Below are positions 9,640 to 19,488 of a stretch of 64,000 bases of DNA, in pieces (the first letter of the stretch is position 1; every line of letters starts with the position of its first letter). The notes below the pieces were generated by a model, which was not told where the DNA came from, did no database searches, and worked only from the letters and a program-made list of their open reading frames with translations. Origin of the DNA: a virus. Its lineage: Duplodnaviria > Heunggongvirae > Uroviricota > Caudoviricetes. Both the position numbers and the translations under genes were made by a program. The stretch is taken from IMG/VR virus record IMGVR_UViG_3300007734_000754, positions 1-64,000 of that record, one strand, 5' to 3'.

Positions 9640-10630
9640 TAAAACAATACTTATTACAGGAGGAACTGGGTCTTTAGGTAGAGCCTTAATTCAAAGATTA
9701 AAACAGTTTAACTGTAAACTTATAGTATACAGTAGAGATGAAGGTAAACAAGCTCTTTATTTTGGACAAGATAAAAGTATTGTAAGAGTTATTGGCGATA
9801 TAAGAGACTATCCTCAATTAGTTAAAACTTTAAATATACATAAGCCGGACTATATTATTCATGCAGCTGCTCTAAAGAGAATAGATGACATGGAATACTA
9901 TCCAGAAGAGTGTGTTAAAACAAATATACAGGGATCAATCAATGTAGCTAATGCAGCAATGGAGGCTGGTGTTGAAAAATGTATACTAGTATCTACAGAT
10001 AAAGCATGTATACCGATTAATGTATACGGAGCTTCTAAATTTACAGCAGAAAGAATTTTCACAAATTCAGATTATAATTCCCCTAGGACAGTCTTTAGTT
10101 CAGTAAGATATGGAAATGTAATTGCAAGTAGAGGATCTTTTTTACCTCTATGGTTAGAACTCTTAGAGGAAGGTAAAGACATAAATGTAACTTCTTTAGA
10201 TTGTACTAGATTTTTATTTACACTAGAAGATGCAGTAAATACGGTACTATCTTCATTAGCTAATAGTATAGGAGGAGAAGTTTTTATTCCATACTTTGAT
10301 TCTTTCGACATGGATACAACAATAAAAGCATTATCAGAAATAACAGGTAAGGATGTAAATTATAACATAGTCGGAATGAGACCAGGAGAAAAGTTTCACG
10401 AAGATATGATAGCAAAGACTGAATTACCTTTTACATACTATTCAAAAATGCTTGATAGGTTTTCAACAGAACACTGTAAAGAACTTCTCTGTGTAATACC
10501 TCAATATACTCACAAAGAGTATCCATTAAATAAATACGAAGGACAAGAATTTAACTCAGGAATATTTTTAAATAGTAATATAGAATACCTAAAAGAATTA
10601 ATAGTAAAAGGATTAGAAGATGCAAATTAG
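9617..10630 (+). CDS. pseB: UDP-GlcNAc 4,6-dehydratase (PseB/FlaA1/CapD-like SDR)
   Basis: TILITGGTGSLG, IVYSRDEGKQ, GDIRD, IHAAALKRI, STDKACIPINVYGASK, VRYGNVIASRGS align motif-for-motif with Helicobacter PseB. Confidence 0.8.
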   Translation: MKENFYSNKTILITGGTGSLGRALIQRLKQFNCKLIVYSRDEGKQALYFGQDKSIVRVIGDIRDYPQLVKTLNIHKPDYIIHAAALKRIDDMEYYPEECVKTNIQGSINVANAAMEAGVEKCILVSTDKACIPINVYGASKFTAERIFTNSDYNSPRTVFSSVRYGNVIASRGSFLPLWLELLEEGKDINVTSLDCTRFLFTLEDAVNTVLSSLANSIGGEVFIPYFDSFDMDTTIKALSEITGKDVNYNIVGMRPGEKFHEDMIAKTELPFTYYSKMLDRFSTEHCKELLCVIPQYTHKEYPLNKYEGQEFNSGIFLNSNIEYLKELIVKGLEDAN

Positions 10631-11894
10631 AAAACAGATAAACGAACAGGAGTTATGGGATAATGCTATTAGACTAATGCCTAGAGGAACTCAAACAATG
10701 AGTAAATGTCCTGATCAATTTGTAGATGGAGTCTACCCTAAGTTTGTTAAATCAGCTAAAGGAGCTTATATAAAAACTATAAACGGTAAAAAGTATTTAG
10801 ATTTTATGTGTGCATTAGGTCCTATTATACTAGGATATAATCACAGAAAAACTAATAGGGCTATAAGAAATCAATTAAAAAAAGGTATTATATTCTCGCT
10901 ACCTACAGTACTAGAGCAGGAGTTAGCACAGTTAATCAGCGACTGTGTACCTTCTGCTGAACAGGTTAGGTTCTGTAAGAACGGAAGTGATGCAGATTTA
11001 GCTGCTGTTAGAATTGCTAGAGCCTATACAAGTAAAGAAAAGATTATTAAACCTATTGGAGGATACCATGGGTGGGGGGACTGGCATGCAATCTCTATGA
11101 GACCGTATGGAGTACCTTCTTGCTTAAAAGAACTAATTGATGAATTTGAATATAACAATTTAGATAGTCTTGAACAGTTATTACTAAAAGGAGATGTTGC
11201 TGGGGTAATAATTGAACCACAAGCATTAACAAGACCAGCACCAGGATTTTTAGAAGGCGTAAGGGAGTTATGTACAAAGTATAATGCAGTATTAATCTTT
11301 GATGAAGTTGTTACAGGCTTTAGATGGAGCTTAGGAGGTGCACAAGAATACTTTGGAGTTACTCCAGACTTAACATGTATGGGTAAAGCTATAGCAAATG
11401 GAATGCCTTTAGGAGTGATTGCAGGTAAGAAAGAGTACATGAAAGAATTAGATCATGCATTTTATTCTATGACTTTTGGAGGAGAGTGTTTATCTATCGC
11501 AGCAGCAATAGCAACTATTAAAGAATTACAAACAAAGGATTATTCATATCTTTGGGATTTAGGTAATATGTTAGACAATGGAATTAAGGTAGCTGCAGAA
11601 ATAAACGGATTAAAAGTTAACTTTGCTGGAGATGCTCTTCGCCATAATTTATCTTTTGATAACTCCTACAAAGATGCTTCTGGAATGAAAGCTTTATTTT
11701 ACCAGGAGATGGTAAAGCAAGGTATATTATTTCCAAATGTAATTTATATTCAATTTTCACATACAAAAAAAGATATTGAAAAAACTATAAAAGCAGCTAA
11801 AAATGCTTTTAAGATAGTTAAAGATAATTTAGAAAATCTAGATGCTGTTTTGGAAGGTAAGAGGAGTACAGAAATTTTTAGAAAAAATAGTTAA
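10620..11894 (+). CDS. class-III PLP-dependent aminotransferase (glutamate-1-semialdehyde aminomutase-like)
   Basis: LIFDEVVTGFRW and CMGKAIANGMPLG (PLP-Lys) are class-III aminotransferase hallmarks. Sits where a sugar aminotransferase is expected in the pathway. Confidence 0.7.
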   Translation: MQIRKQINEQELWDNAIRLMPRGTQTMSKCPDQFVDGVYPKFVKSAKGAYIKTINGKKYLDFMCALGPIILGYNHRKTNRAIRNQLKKGIIFSLPTVLEQELAQLISDCVPSAEQVRFCKNGSDADLAAVRIARAYTSKEKIIKPIGGYHGWGDWHAISMRPYGVPSCLKELIDEFEYNNLDSLEQLLLKGDVAGVIIEPQALTRPAPGFLEGVRELCTKYNAVLIFDEVVTGFRWSLGGAQEYFGVTPDLTCMGKAIANGMPLGVIAGKKEYMKELDHAFYSMTFGGECLSIAAAIATIKELQTKDYSYLWDLGNMLDNGIKVAAEINGLKVNFAGDALRHNLSFDNSYKDASGMKALFYQEMVKQGILFPNVIYIQFSHTKKDIEKTIKAAKNAFKIVKDNLENLDAVLEGKRSTEIFRKNS

Positions 11895-12466
11895 TGAAAC
11901 ATACAACAGTAAATAACTATAGCTATCCTGCATTTTTCAACCACTATTATAGTAATGATGAAGAATGGTTAAATCGATACGAAGCACCGCTATTAGATTA
12001 CGTAAAAGATAACTTACCTGAATATGTAGATACTGTAATAAACTTTGGATGTGCAAATGGAAGAGATTTTCTCCCTTTTCAAGATAAATATAACTGTCTT
12101 GGATTTGATTTAGCTAAACCAGAGGACATTAAATGGGCTTGTAGTCAAAATAATTTACACTACTTCCAGTGCAGTATTGAAGATTATTTAGACTTAGTTG
12201 ACCATAATGAAACTAATTTAGGAACATCACTTGTATATACCCAAGGAACCTTGATGTACTTAACTCCGGAAAATCAAAATAGGTTTATTAAACACTTAAT
12301 AGAAAAAGAATGTAAGAATATCGTTATACACGAATACCCGCCAGACTACTTAGGCCCTCACGGTAAGTTTAGTCCTAGTGAAGACTTACTAAAGCTGTTT
12401 AAAAGACAGCACTTTAGAGAAATAGTAGATGGGCAACCAACAGGATTTTTATACCTAAATAAATAA
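11894..12466 (+). CDS. hypothetical protein, possible SAM-methyltransferase-like
   Basis: VINFGCANGRD loosely resembles methyltransferase motif I. Confidence 0.25.
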   Translation: MKHTTVNNYSYPAFFNHYYSNDEEWLNRYEAPLLDYVKDNLPEYVDTVINFGCANGRDFLPFQDKYNCLGFDLAKPEDIKWACSQNNLHYFQCSIEDYLDLVDHNETNLGTSLVYTQGTLMYLTPENQNRFIKHLIEKECKNIVIHEYPPDYLGPHGKFSPSEDLLKLFKRQHFREIVDGQPTGFLYLNK

Positions 12467-12467
12467 T

Positions 12468-13157
12468 ATGAAAGATATTAAAGATACAGTTTTTATTATA
12501 CAAGCCCGAACACAATCAACTCGAGTACCGAATAAAATGCTTAAACCATTTGCTGATTCAAACTTATTTGAAATAGCTATTCAGAAGGTATTAAAATCAG
12601 CTATCATACCAAAAGAGAACTTTTACCTTTCGATAATGGACCAAGAGCTTATTGACATTGCTGAAAAGTACGGGGTTAATTATTTTGTAAGAAGTGAAGA
12701 GTCTACACAGGAACCTGTAACATTACAAAAAGCTTTAGAATGGTATAGCCATTTACCGTTTCTAAACTTTGTTATCATAAATGCTTGTAATCCTTTACTC
12801 AAGGTTGAAACAATTGATAACTTTGTTAAAAAGTTTTTAGAAGTTGAATCAAACGGATTGTTTGGAGTATTTGAAAAAAAGACATTTTTATTTGGAAATG
12901 ATGGTAGAATGTTAAATCAATTTAATGGCGAGGATAAATACCTAGCAACACTAGAAACCAAATTTGTTGAGACTTGTTACGAAGCAGCACATTCCCTTTA
13001 TGCAGGAACTACAGAAGATATAGGTAACGGTATTTACATGGGAACATTTAAGGAAAGTAACAATCCAAGTTTCTTTGTAATGGATGAAATTGAATGCTTT
13101 GACATCGATTGGCCATGGCAATTTGAAGTAGCAGAAAAACTTTATAAGACATTATGA
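12468..13157 (+). CDS. CMP-nonulosonic acid synthetase (acylneuraminate cytidylyltransferase family, PseF/NeuA-like)
   Basis: VFIIQARTQSTRVPNKML matches the cytidylyltransferase N-terminal signature (AIIPAR.GSKR.P.KN). Confidence 0.65.
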   Translation: MKDIKDTVFIIQARTQSTRVPNKMLKPFADSNLFEIAIQKVLKSAIIPKENFYLSIMDQELIDIAEKYGVNYFVRSEESTQEPVTLQKALEWYSHLPFLNFVIINACNPLLKVETIDNFVKKFLEVESNGLFGVFEKKTFLFGNDGRMLNQFNGEDKYLATLETKFVETCYEAAHSLYAGTTEDIGNGIYMGTFKESNNPSFFVMDEIECFDIDWPWQFEVAEKLYKTL

Positions 13158-13963
13158 AAGCAATCATAATAGGTGGTGGATCAATAGGGCAGAGACATTC
13201 TAGAAATCTTAATGAATTAGGAATTACTACCCGTATTGTAGATGTTGATGAAATTGATAACATAGATATTATATTAACAGAAGGATTTAATATAGGCCTT
13301 ATTTGTACACCTAACATTTTTCATATTGAGCATTGTAAAAAACTTGCAGAAAATAATGTACATATCTTCTGTGAAAAACCTTTCTATACAGATTATAAAG
13401 GAGTTGAAGAATTATTAGAAATTATATCTGCAAATAGTATTACGACTATGGTAGGATGTAATCTAAGATTTACTCCTGAGGTAGAGGCAATAAGCCAAGG
13501 TACTAAATATATAAGTGTATATTTTGGATATAACCTTAAACAGTGGAGACCTGGGACTGATCATTTAAAATCCTATAGTGCTAACAAACATTTAGGAGGA
13601 GGCATACTATTAGATGCAATTCATGAATTAGATTATCTTTATTATAAGTTTGGAGATATCAAAAATATTTCTTATATTAAGAATAAGATAACAGATAATA
13701 CAAATGATACAGAAGATCTTGTAGTAGGTAGAGTAGAGTTTGAAAATGGTACTATAGCTGATTTTCATTTGAATTATCTCTCTGAAACATATCAACGTTA
13801 CTATGATATATTAGAATCAGATTCTCTGAAGAGAGTAGATTTTATTATTAATAATGAAATGTACGTTAAGGAATTAACCTATTTTGTAGATTGTATAAAA
13901 AATAATAAACGTTGTATGAATAGCTTCGAAGAAGCTGCTTATCTGTTAAAAAAATTAATATAG
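13154..13963 (+). CDS. Gfo/Idh/MocA-family NAD(P)-dependent oxidoreductase
   Basis: N-terminal Rossmann IIGGGSIGQRH and the conserved EKP motif. ATGA overlap with the upstream gene. Confidence 0.65.
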   Translation: MKAIIIGGGSIGQRHSRNLNELGITTRIVDVDEIDNIDIILTEGFNIGLICTPNIFHIEHCKKLAENNVHIFCEKPFYTDYKGVEELLEIISANSITTMVGCNLRFTPEVEAISQGTKYISVYFGYNLKQWRPGTDHLKSYSANKHLGGGILLDAIHELDYLYYKFGDIKNISYIKNKITDNTNDTEDLVVGRVEFENGTIADFHLNYLSETYQRYYDILESDSLKRVDFIINNEMYVKELTYFVDCIKNNKRCMNSFEEAAYLLKKLI

Positions 13964-13964
13964 T

Positions 13965-14831
13965 ATGAAAAGGTATATTGATAGTAGTTGGAAAGGTATA
14001 GCTAAAGGTCATACAGCATTTTGTATACTGGGAGGTCCGTCCGTGAAGCAAGTCACAGATATACAGAACATAATTCAGAATAACTTTACAATTACAGTAA
14101 ATCATAATATAAAACTTTTTCCAAATGCTGACCTATATCTTACAGCAGATAATTCAATAGCTAGAGAATACTTAGAGGATAAGTCATTCTTCTTACATAA
14201 ATTCAGAGGAGGTAAATTAAATAAGTATTCATCAAACTTTCAATACGATGAAGAGCCTATGTGGATAGACGGTAAGAGAGAAGTATTATTGCAGAATAAA
14301 GATTTAATAAAAATTGTAGCTTGTAATGAATTTCCAAGTTACAATTATTCAATGACTACAGGGCAGTTATACAAAGGGTATGGTGAAGAGTACTGTAACT
14401 ATATCGATAACTTACACCTTTGTCTAGAATATAGAAATGAATTAGGAGAGTCTTGGCCAGTACTAAGTCCGGAGATAGAGGAGACAATTAGTAGGTATGG
14501 TACAAATCCATCAAAGCTCTATCCTGGAGGTAATATAGCAGGTACTCTATTTCAACTTCTTTACTATATGGATTTCGATAACGTAATAGTAGTAGGGTAT
14601 GGAGATAAAGGAGAGTCAGCTGGATATACACCAGGAACTCAATTTGAATGGAGTAGTGAAGAGATTCATGCTATAGTTGTTCACAGTATGAAATGGGGAG
14701 ATAGATTAAAATCTCTGCATGGATCAGAACTTTGTAAAGAATATGTTGACTTTAAAACAGCTTCGTATGACGAATTCGAAACAACACCTAATAAGAAAAA
14801 TCAATTAGTACAAAAATTATTACAGATATGA
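13965..14831 (+). CDS. possible DUF115/Maf-like (MptE-like) nonulosonic-acid transferase
   Basis: GHTAFCILGGPSV...ITVNHN...PNADLYLTAD follows the G.TAFIVG.GPS...I.CD...PD pattern of motility-accessory-factor (Maf) domains. Confidence 0.3.
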   Translation: MKRYIDSSWKGIAKGHTAFCILGGPSVKQVTDIQNIIQNNFTITVNHNIKLFPNADLYLTADNSIAREYLEDKSFFLHKFRGGKLNKYSSNFQYDEEPMWIDGKREVLLQNKDLIKIVACNEFPSYNYSMTTGQLYKGYGEEYCNYIDNLHLCLEYRNELGESWPVLSPEIEETISRYGTNPSKLYPGGNIAGTLFQLLYYMDFDNVIVVGYGDKGESAGYTPGTQFEWSSEEIHAIVVHSMKWGDRLKSLHGSELCKEYVDFKTASYDEFETTPNKKNQLVQKLLQI

Positions 14832-15808
14832 GTACATTTATAATAGCAGAAGCAGGAGCTAATCACAATAGAGAGTTTAAAAAAGCTATAGAGTTAATCG
14901 ATGTAGCAAATCAAGCAGGAGCCGATGCTATAAAGTTTCAGACTTACTCTTCGGAAACTTTATATAGTAAATTTACACCAGACTTTGCAGGATATACTAA
15001 TATTAATAAATTAATAAAAGATATTGAATTACCTAGAGAGTGGCAAAAAGACTTAAAGCAGTACTGTGATGAGATTGGTATTGAGTTTATGTCAACTCCT
15101 TTTGATGAAAAAGCAGTTGATGAGTTAGTTGGATTAGGAGTTAAGAGATTAAAGATAGCAGGATTCGAATCAACAGACTTTAGATTTGTTGACATGGTAG
15201 CTTCTTCAAAGTTACCACTTATTATTTCATTAGGTATAGGTTTCCAAATGCGATGGATAGGTAAGCTTTTTGATATTACAAATAAGTACGGTAATGATTT
15301 AACATTATTACACTGTAACAATGCCTACCCAACTCCATTAGAAGACATAGACTTAAATGTTATTAAAGCTCTTTCTCTAGATAGTAGGTATAAGACAGGA
15401 CTTTCAGATCATACAGTATCAACACTAACACCAGCTCTAGCAGTAGCTGCAGGAGCTACGGTTATTGAAAAACATTTTACATTAGATAAAACATTACCAG
15501 GACCTGATCATCCGTTTGCATTAGAACCTAATCAGTTAGTTGAAATGGTACAATTTGTCAGACAAGCAGAACTTTGTCTTATCCCACAGAGAGGTGAATA
15601 CAGTAAGTCAGAAGAAGCTTTTAAACAAGCAAGAAGATCTGTAGTAGCTAAGTCTGCAATCAAAAAAGGAGAAATATTAACAATTGATAACATTACAACA
15701 AAGAGGCCTTTCCTTGATAATTCAATACCTGCTAATAAATTTGAAAATATGTTAGGGAGTATTTCAAATAAGGACTATAACGAAGATGAATTTATATGTA
15801 TAAAGTAG
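14828..15808 (+). CDS. pseI: nonulosonic acid synthase (NeuB/PseI family) with C-terminal SAF domain
   Basis: FIIAEAGANHNREFKKAIELIDVANQAGADAIKFQTY is the NeuB N-terminal signature. C-terminal VVAKSAIKKGEILTIDNITTKRP matches the SAF domain. Confidence 0.85.
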   Translation: MSTFIIAEAGANHNREFKKAIELIDVANQAGADAIKFQTYSSETLYSKFTPDFAGYTNINKLIKDIELPREWQKDLKQYCDEIGIEFMSTPFDEKAVDELVGLGVKRLKIAGFESTDFRFVDMVASSKLPLIISLGIGFQMRWIGKLFDITNKYGNDLTLLHCNNAYPTPLEDIDLNVIKALSLDSRYKTGLSDHTVSTLTPALAVAAGATVIEKHFTLDKTLPGPDHPFALEPNQLVEMVQFVRQAELCLIPQRGEYSKSEEAFKQARRSVVAKSAIKKGEILTIDNITTKRPFLDNSIPANKFENMLGSISNKDYNEDEFICIK

Positions 15809-16437
15809 AAAAAGCATTAAGAAGAGCAACAATGGAGGATTGGAAAATTCTACTTGACTGGAGAAATGAACCATTAACAAGGCAGAATTCGTTTCAATCG
15901 GAAATAATTAATGAAGATGATCATAAAGAATGGCTTAGTAAAAGCCTTGCAAATCCGGATAGAGAAATTTATATACTTGAAGGAGATAATGGACCTTTAG
16001 GTACCATTAGAAGTGATAAGGTTAGAAACGGCAGTAAAGACTGTAAACTCTCTTGGTCAACCTCGCCAGAGTTTAGAGGAAAAGGGTACGGTACATTAAT
16101 GTTAAAAATGTTCTTACAATTTAGAAAAGGAAAATATTTAGCATGTATTAAAGCAGATAACTTAGCTTCAATTTCAATGGTAGAAAAAAATCATTTTACA
16201 TTAATTACTAGTGATTCTTCAGACCAACATGTTTACTATAGAGATAATACTATTTCAGATTTTGAAATTATTGATGAGATAGAGAAAGTAAGAAGTCGTA
16301 ATAATGTTAATTGGATGGATATCTTACGTATCGGTTTTACGTATGCTCCTGAAGAGACTAGAGAGGTATTTAAAAAAATAACAAGTGATGATAATTTAAT
16401 TAACGAGCTATCAAAACAATTAGCGAATAATGGATAA
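15796..16437 (+). CDS. pseH: GNAT N-acetyltransferase, PseH-like
   Basis: LLDWRNEPLTRQNSF ... WLSKSL ... EIYILEGDNGPLGTIRSD matches the PseH pattern (W-R-N motif, acetyl-CoA fold). Confidence 0.55.
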   Translation: MYKVEKALRRATMEDWKILLDWRNEPLTRQNSFQSEIINEDDHKEWLSKSLANPDREIYILEGDNGPLGTIRSDKVRNGSKDCKLSWSTSPEFRGKGYGTLMLKMFLQFRKGKYLACIKADNLASISMVEKNHFTLITSDSSDQHVYYRDNTISDFEIIDEIEKVRSRNNVNWMDILRIGFTYAPEETREVFKKITSDDNLINELSKQLANNG

Positions 16438-17290
16438 TAGAATACAAATACTATTACATATCTTTCCTAGAGAAATTGATGATCTAGATAATGTAGTAAC
16501 TCAATTAAAAGTTTGTTCAAAATATATTGAAAATCTTTCAGTTGATATGAATATCACTTTAAATCTAAACCCAGAAATAATAAACTGGGAGGAAAGTTTA
16601 GTACCTAAACAGTTTATTATAGATAAGTTTAACCATATAGTTACTAAGCTTGATTGGACCAATAAAAATATTACTAACATCGTAGAGGATACCTCAGTAT
16701 ATGGATACCTTGAACTAAGAGCAAAACTTACACAAGATCATCCAGACTATACCGGATACATTTTCTTAGACCCAGATATGATATTAGATGATAGAGTTTT
16801 TTATTTTCTAGAACACTCTCTTAAACAAATACCATCCGGAAGCTTTATAGTATCACCGCAGATGTATAGATTTTGGGATAGTAGCTGGGATGTAATAAGC
16901 TATGACAAATCTAATAGCCCTGGATTTGATGTGAATACTTTTGATCCGTATGATGTTAAGGTACTAAATAACAGTAATATTGAATTAATTACTAACTACA
17001 ATGTAAAATTTGCTGGTGGGTGGTTTACTTATTTGAGTAAAGAACTTTTAGAACAAGTACCTTTCCCAGAAGGAGTAAAGGGTTACGGACCAGAGGATAC
17101 ATTTATTTCAATATTTGCTAGAAAGAAAGGATTTCCTCAGTACATAATAAAAGGAGTTGTAGTACAGGAAAATAGAAAGTATCTTAATAATTACATATAT
17201 ACTCCGTATATAAAATACTATTCAGAAAAACTAAAAGAAATTTCAGAGGCAACTAAAGAACTTTTTAATAAAGCAATCAATACACTATAA
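16430..17290 (+). CDS. hypothetical glycan-island protein
   Basis: Coding-quality ORF with ATGG overlap. No clear motif. Confidence 0.4.
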   Translation: MDNRIQILLHIFPREIDDLDNVVTQLKVCSKYIENLSVDMNITLNLNPEIINWEESLVPKQFIIDKFNHIVTKLDWTNKNITNIVEDTSVYGYLELRAKLTQDHPDYTGYIFLDPDMILDDRVFYFLEHSLKQIPSGSFIVSPQMYRFWDSSWDVISYDKSNSPGFDVNTFDPYDVKVLNNSNIELITNYNVKFAGGWFTYLSKELLEQVPFPEGVKGYGPEDTFISIFARKKGFPQYIIKGVVVQENRKYLNNYIYTPYIKYYSEKLKEISEATKELFNKAINTL

Positions 17291-18480
17291 TGGAAAAAAT
17301 AACATTCTGCATACCCAGTAAATCCAACTTAAGATATTTAAAGACATGTATACCTTCGATTAGAAAGAATGCATTTAGACCGGATCATGATATTATCATC
17401 TTTGTCGATTCAGATGAAGACGGTACTATTGAATGGTTAGAAGAAGTTAAAGATGAATATAATTTAACTTACTATGTTAATCCTGATTTAGGTAATACTT
17501 TATTTGGAATTGGTAAAGCCTATGACTACTGTATTGAAAAGTCGACTACAGATATATTTATGATCTTTCATGCAGATATGATGTTAGGTAAAGATGCAGA
17601 TGTTAAAGCTTTCAATCAGTTGAAACCTAAGACAGTAGTTTGTGCAACTCGTATTGAACCGCCACTTCATCCAAATAATGGAGAGAAGATTTTATTTGAT
17701 TTTGGAATGTGGCCTGAAGAGTTTAAAGAGAACGAATTTAATAAGTATGTTGAAGAACATCTTCAAGATGAAAAAATTACTAATGGTATTTTTGCTCCTT
17801 GGATGATGTACAGACAAGAGTTTTTAGAGATTGGAGGCCATGATGCTATTATGCATTCATGTAGAGAGGACTCGGATGTATTTAATAGAATGAAACTAAA
17901 AGGATTTACTTTTATACAACCTTGGAATTCACTAGTATATCACTTAACGGGAAGAGGAGCAGGAAGTTTTGGAGGTGATGAGGTAAGACATATACAGTGG
18001 CAGAAAGATATGAATAACTCAACTAAAGAGTTTATCCGTAAGTGGGGTTCAAATGTAAACCATACAGCTTTAATGGAGCCGATTATATCTCCAAAATATA
18101 ACATAGCATATGTAGTTAAAAATTGTAACTTACAACTACTAGAAGTTTTAGAGCCTTGGTGTGATAGAATATATGTTAATGAACGATTTGAGGTAATTGG
18201 CAGGATGTGGGACTATATTGAACTAGAGCAGGAGAATACTTCATTTGATCTATCAAAAAGAGTTCTTACTATAGAAAATAATGATCCAATATTAGAGAAT
18301 GATATCGTTGTAGAGTTTGATGCTCATAAATTTACAAATGCAGACTTTGCTTTCTTGCAAAGGTTTCCTGAGGTAGTAAAAGATAATGGGGACATAGGGG
18401 AGTTTGAATTTGATATATTTAAAATAACAATCACCTCAATGACCGAGTATCAGGAAGACTTGGTAGTATGTAAAAATTAA
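17290..18480 (+). CDS. glycosyltransferase family 2-like
   Basis: FCIPSKSNLRYLKTCIPSIRKN and IIIFVDSDEDGT (DxD) are GT-A-type features. Confidence 0.45.
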   Translation: MEKITFCIPSKSNLRYLKTCIPSIRKNAFRPDHDIIIFVDSDEDGTIEWLEEVKDEYNLTYYVNPDLGNTLFGIGKAYDYCIEKSTTDIFMIFHADMMLGKDADVKAFNQLKPKTVVCATRIEPPLHPNNGEKILFDFGMWPEEFKENEFNKYVEEHLQDEKITNGIFAPWMMYRQEFLEIGGHDAIMHSCREDSDVFNRMKLKGFTFIQPWNSLVYHLTGRGAGSFGGDEVRHIQWQKDMNNSTKEFIRKWGSNVNHTALMEPIISPKYNIAYVVKNCNLQLLEVLEPWCDRIYVNERFEVIGRMWDYIELEQENTSFDLSKRVLTIENNDPILENDIVVEFDAHKFTNADFAFLQRFPEVVKDNGDIGEFEFDIFKITITSMTEYQEDLVVCKN

Positions 18481-18502
18481 ACTATTTATAACAAAACATA
18501 AT

Positions 18503-18859
18503 ATGTCAATACTAAACGAAATCAAACAGGTACTATCTGAAATAACAACAGTCAACTTCAAAGGACAAAAATTTATACTAAAGGTAGACGTAAATGAAGA
18601 TCCAAACAAAAAAGGAATTAAAGTACAGTTCCTACCAGCCACTACAATGGCAATATCAAAGCAACAACAAGACGATATGGCTATGGAGTTAGCAGCTAAA
18701 CTAAATCAAGGATTAACAGCACTAGGATTAACTGTTGAGAGAGACAGAGAATTAAAGGATAAGACGATTATAGGTTTCTTTATCTATATCGAATATCTAG
18801 ACAAAATTATTATAAATGCTTTATCACAAGCAGCAAAAGAACCAGACACTCAAAATTAA
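18503..18859 (+). CDS. hypothetical protein
   Basis: ORF only. Confidence 0.4.
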   Translation: MSILNEIKQVLSEITTVNFKGQKFILKVDVNEDPNKKGIKVQFLPATTMAISKQQQDDMAMELAAKLNQGLTALGLTVERDRELKDKTIIGFFIYIEYLDKIIINALSQAAKEPDTQN

Positions 18860-18864
18860 TTATT

Positions 18865-19071
18865 ATGGCAAAGTTTTGTTTTTACAGTAAACAGGATCCT
18901 ACACAGGAGGCTATTGGAGCTTGTGAAGCTCTATCAACGCAAGAAGCTATTAAGTTTTTTGCATTATCAAAAATGTTACCGGTTGATCAATTTCAGATAC
19001 TATTTGGAGTAAAACAATTTACATATGAAGAAAGCAATCAGGGGAATAATAGGCAACTTCTTACAGACTAA
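18865..19071 (+). CDS. hypothetical protein
   Basis: ORF only. Confidence 0.35.
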   Translation: MAKFCFYSKQDPTQEAIGACEALSTQEAIKFFALSKMLPVDQFQILFGVKQFTYEESNQGNNRQLLTD

Positions 19072-19108
19072 TTTAAGAATATCAGAAAAAAGTATACCAT
19101 CCGATATT

Positions 19109-19447
19109 ATGGAGAAGAAACTATTCATAGAGTCAATACTATTATTAAAAGAAATTGACGATAGGAGAGACTTTATGGAGTCCGAATTAGGAGTCGATAT
19201 GTCTATCTATGAAGAGAAGTTTCTACAGATAATTGAAAATCTTTTTAAAATTCACTATAGCAAAGAGCAACTAGCTTTAATACAATTTTATCTTTATCAA
19301 GTACCTTTAATAGAAAACTACGATGGTAAGATTGACCTTGAAGACGGTAAAGCTGTAATAACAGTTCAGTTCGAAACACCAGAGGATGTCTATAAAATTG
19401 TAAATTCTTTAAAAAAACCTGAAGTAAAGTTTGGCAGAAAGAAATAA
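19109..19447 (+). CDS. hypothetical protein (internal ATG chosen)
   Basis: Track ORF 19025..19447 overlaps the previous ORF out of frame. ATG at 19109 removes the overlap. Confidence 0.35.
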   Translation: MEKKLFIESILLLKEIDDRRDFMESELGVDMSIYEEKFLQIIENLFKIHYSKEQLALIQFYLYQVPLIENYDGKIDLEDGKAVITVQFETPEDVYKIVNSLKKPEVKFGRKK

Positions 19448-19488
19448 AGTTCTTATCTTTAGGAAGTAATAATAAAAACAAATAAGTT

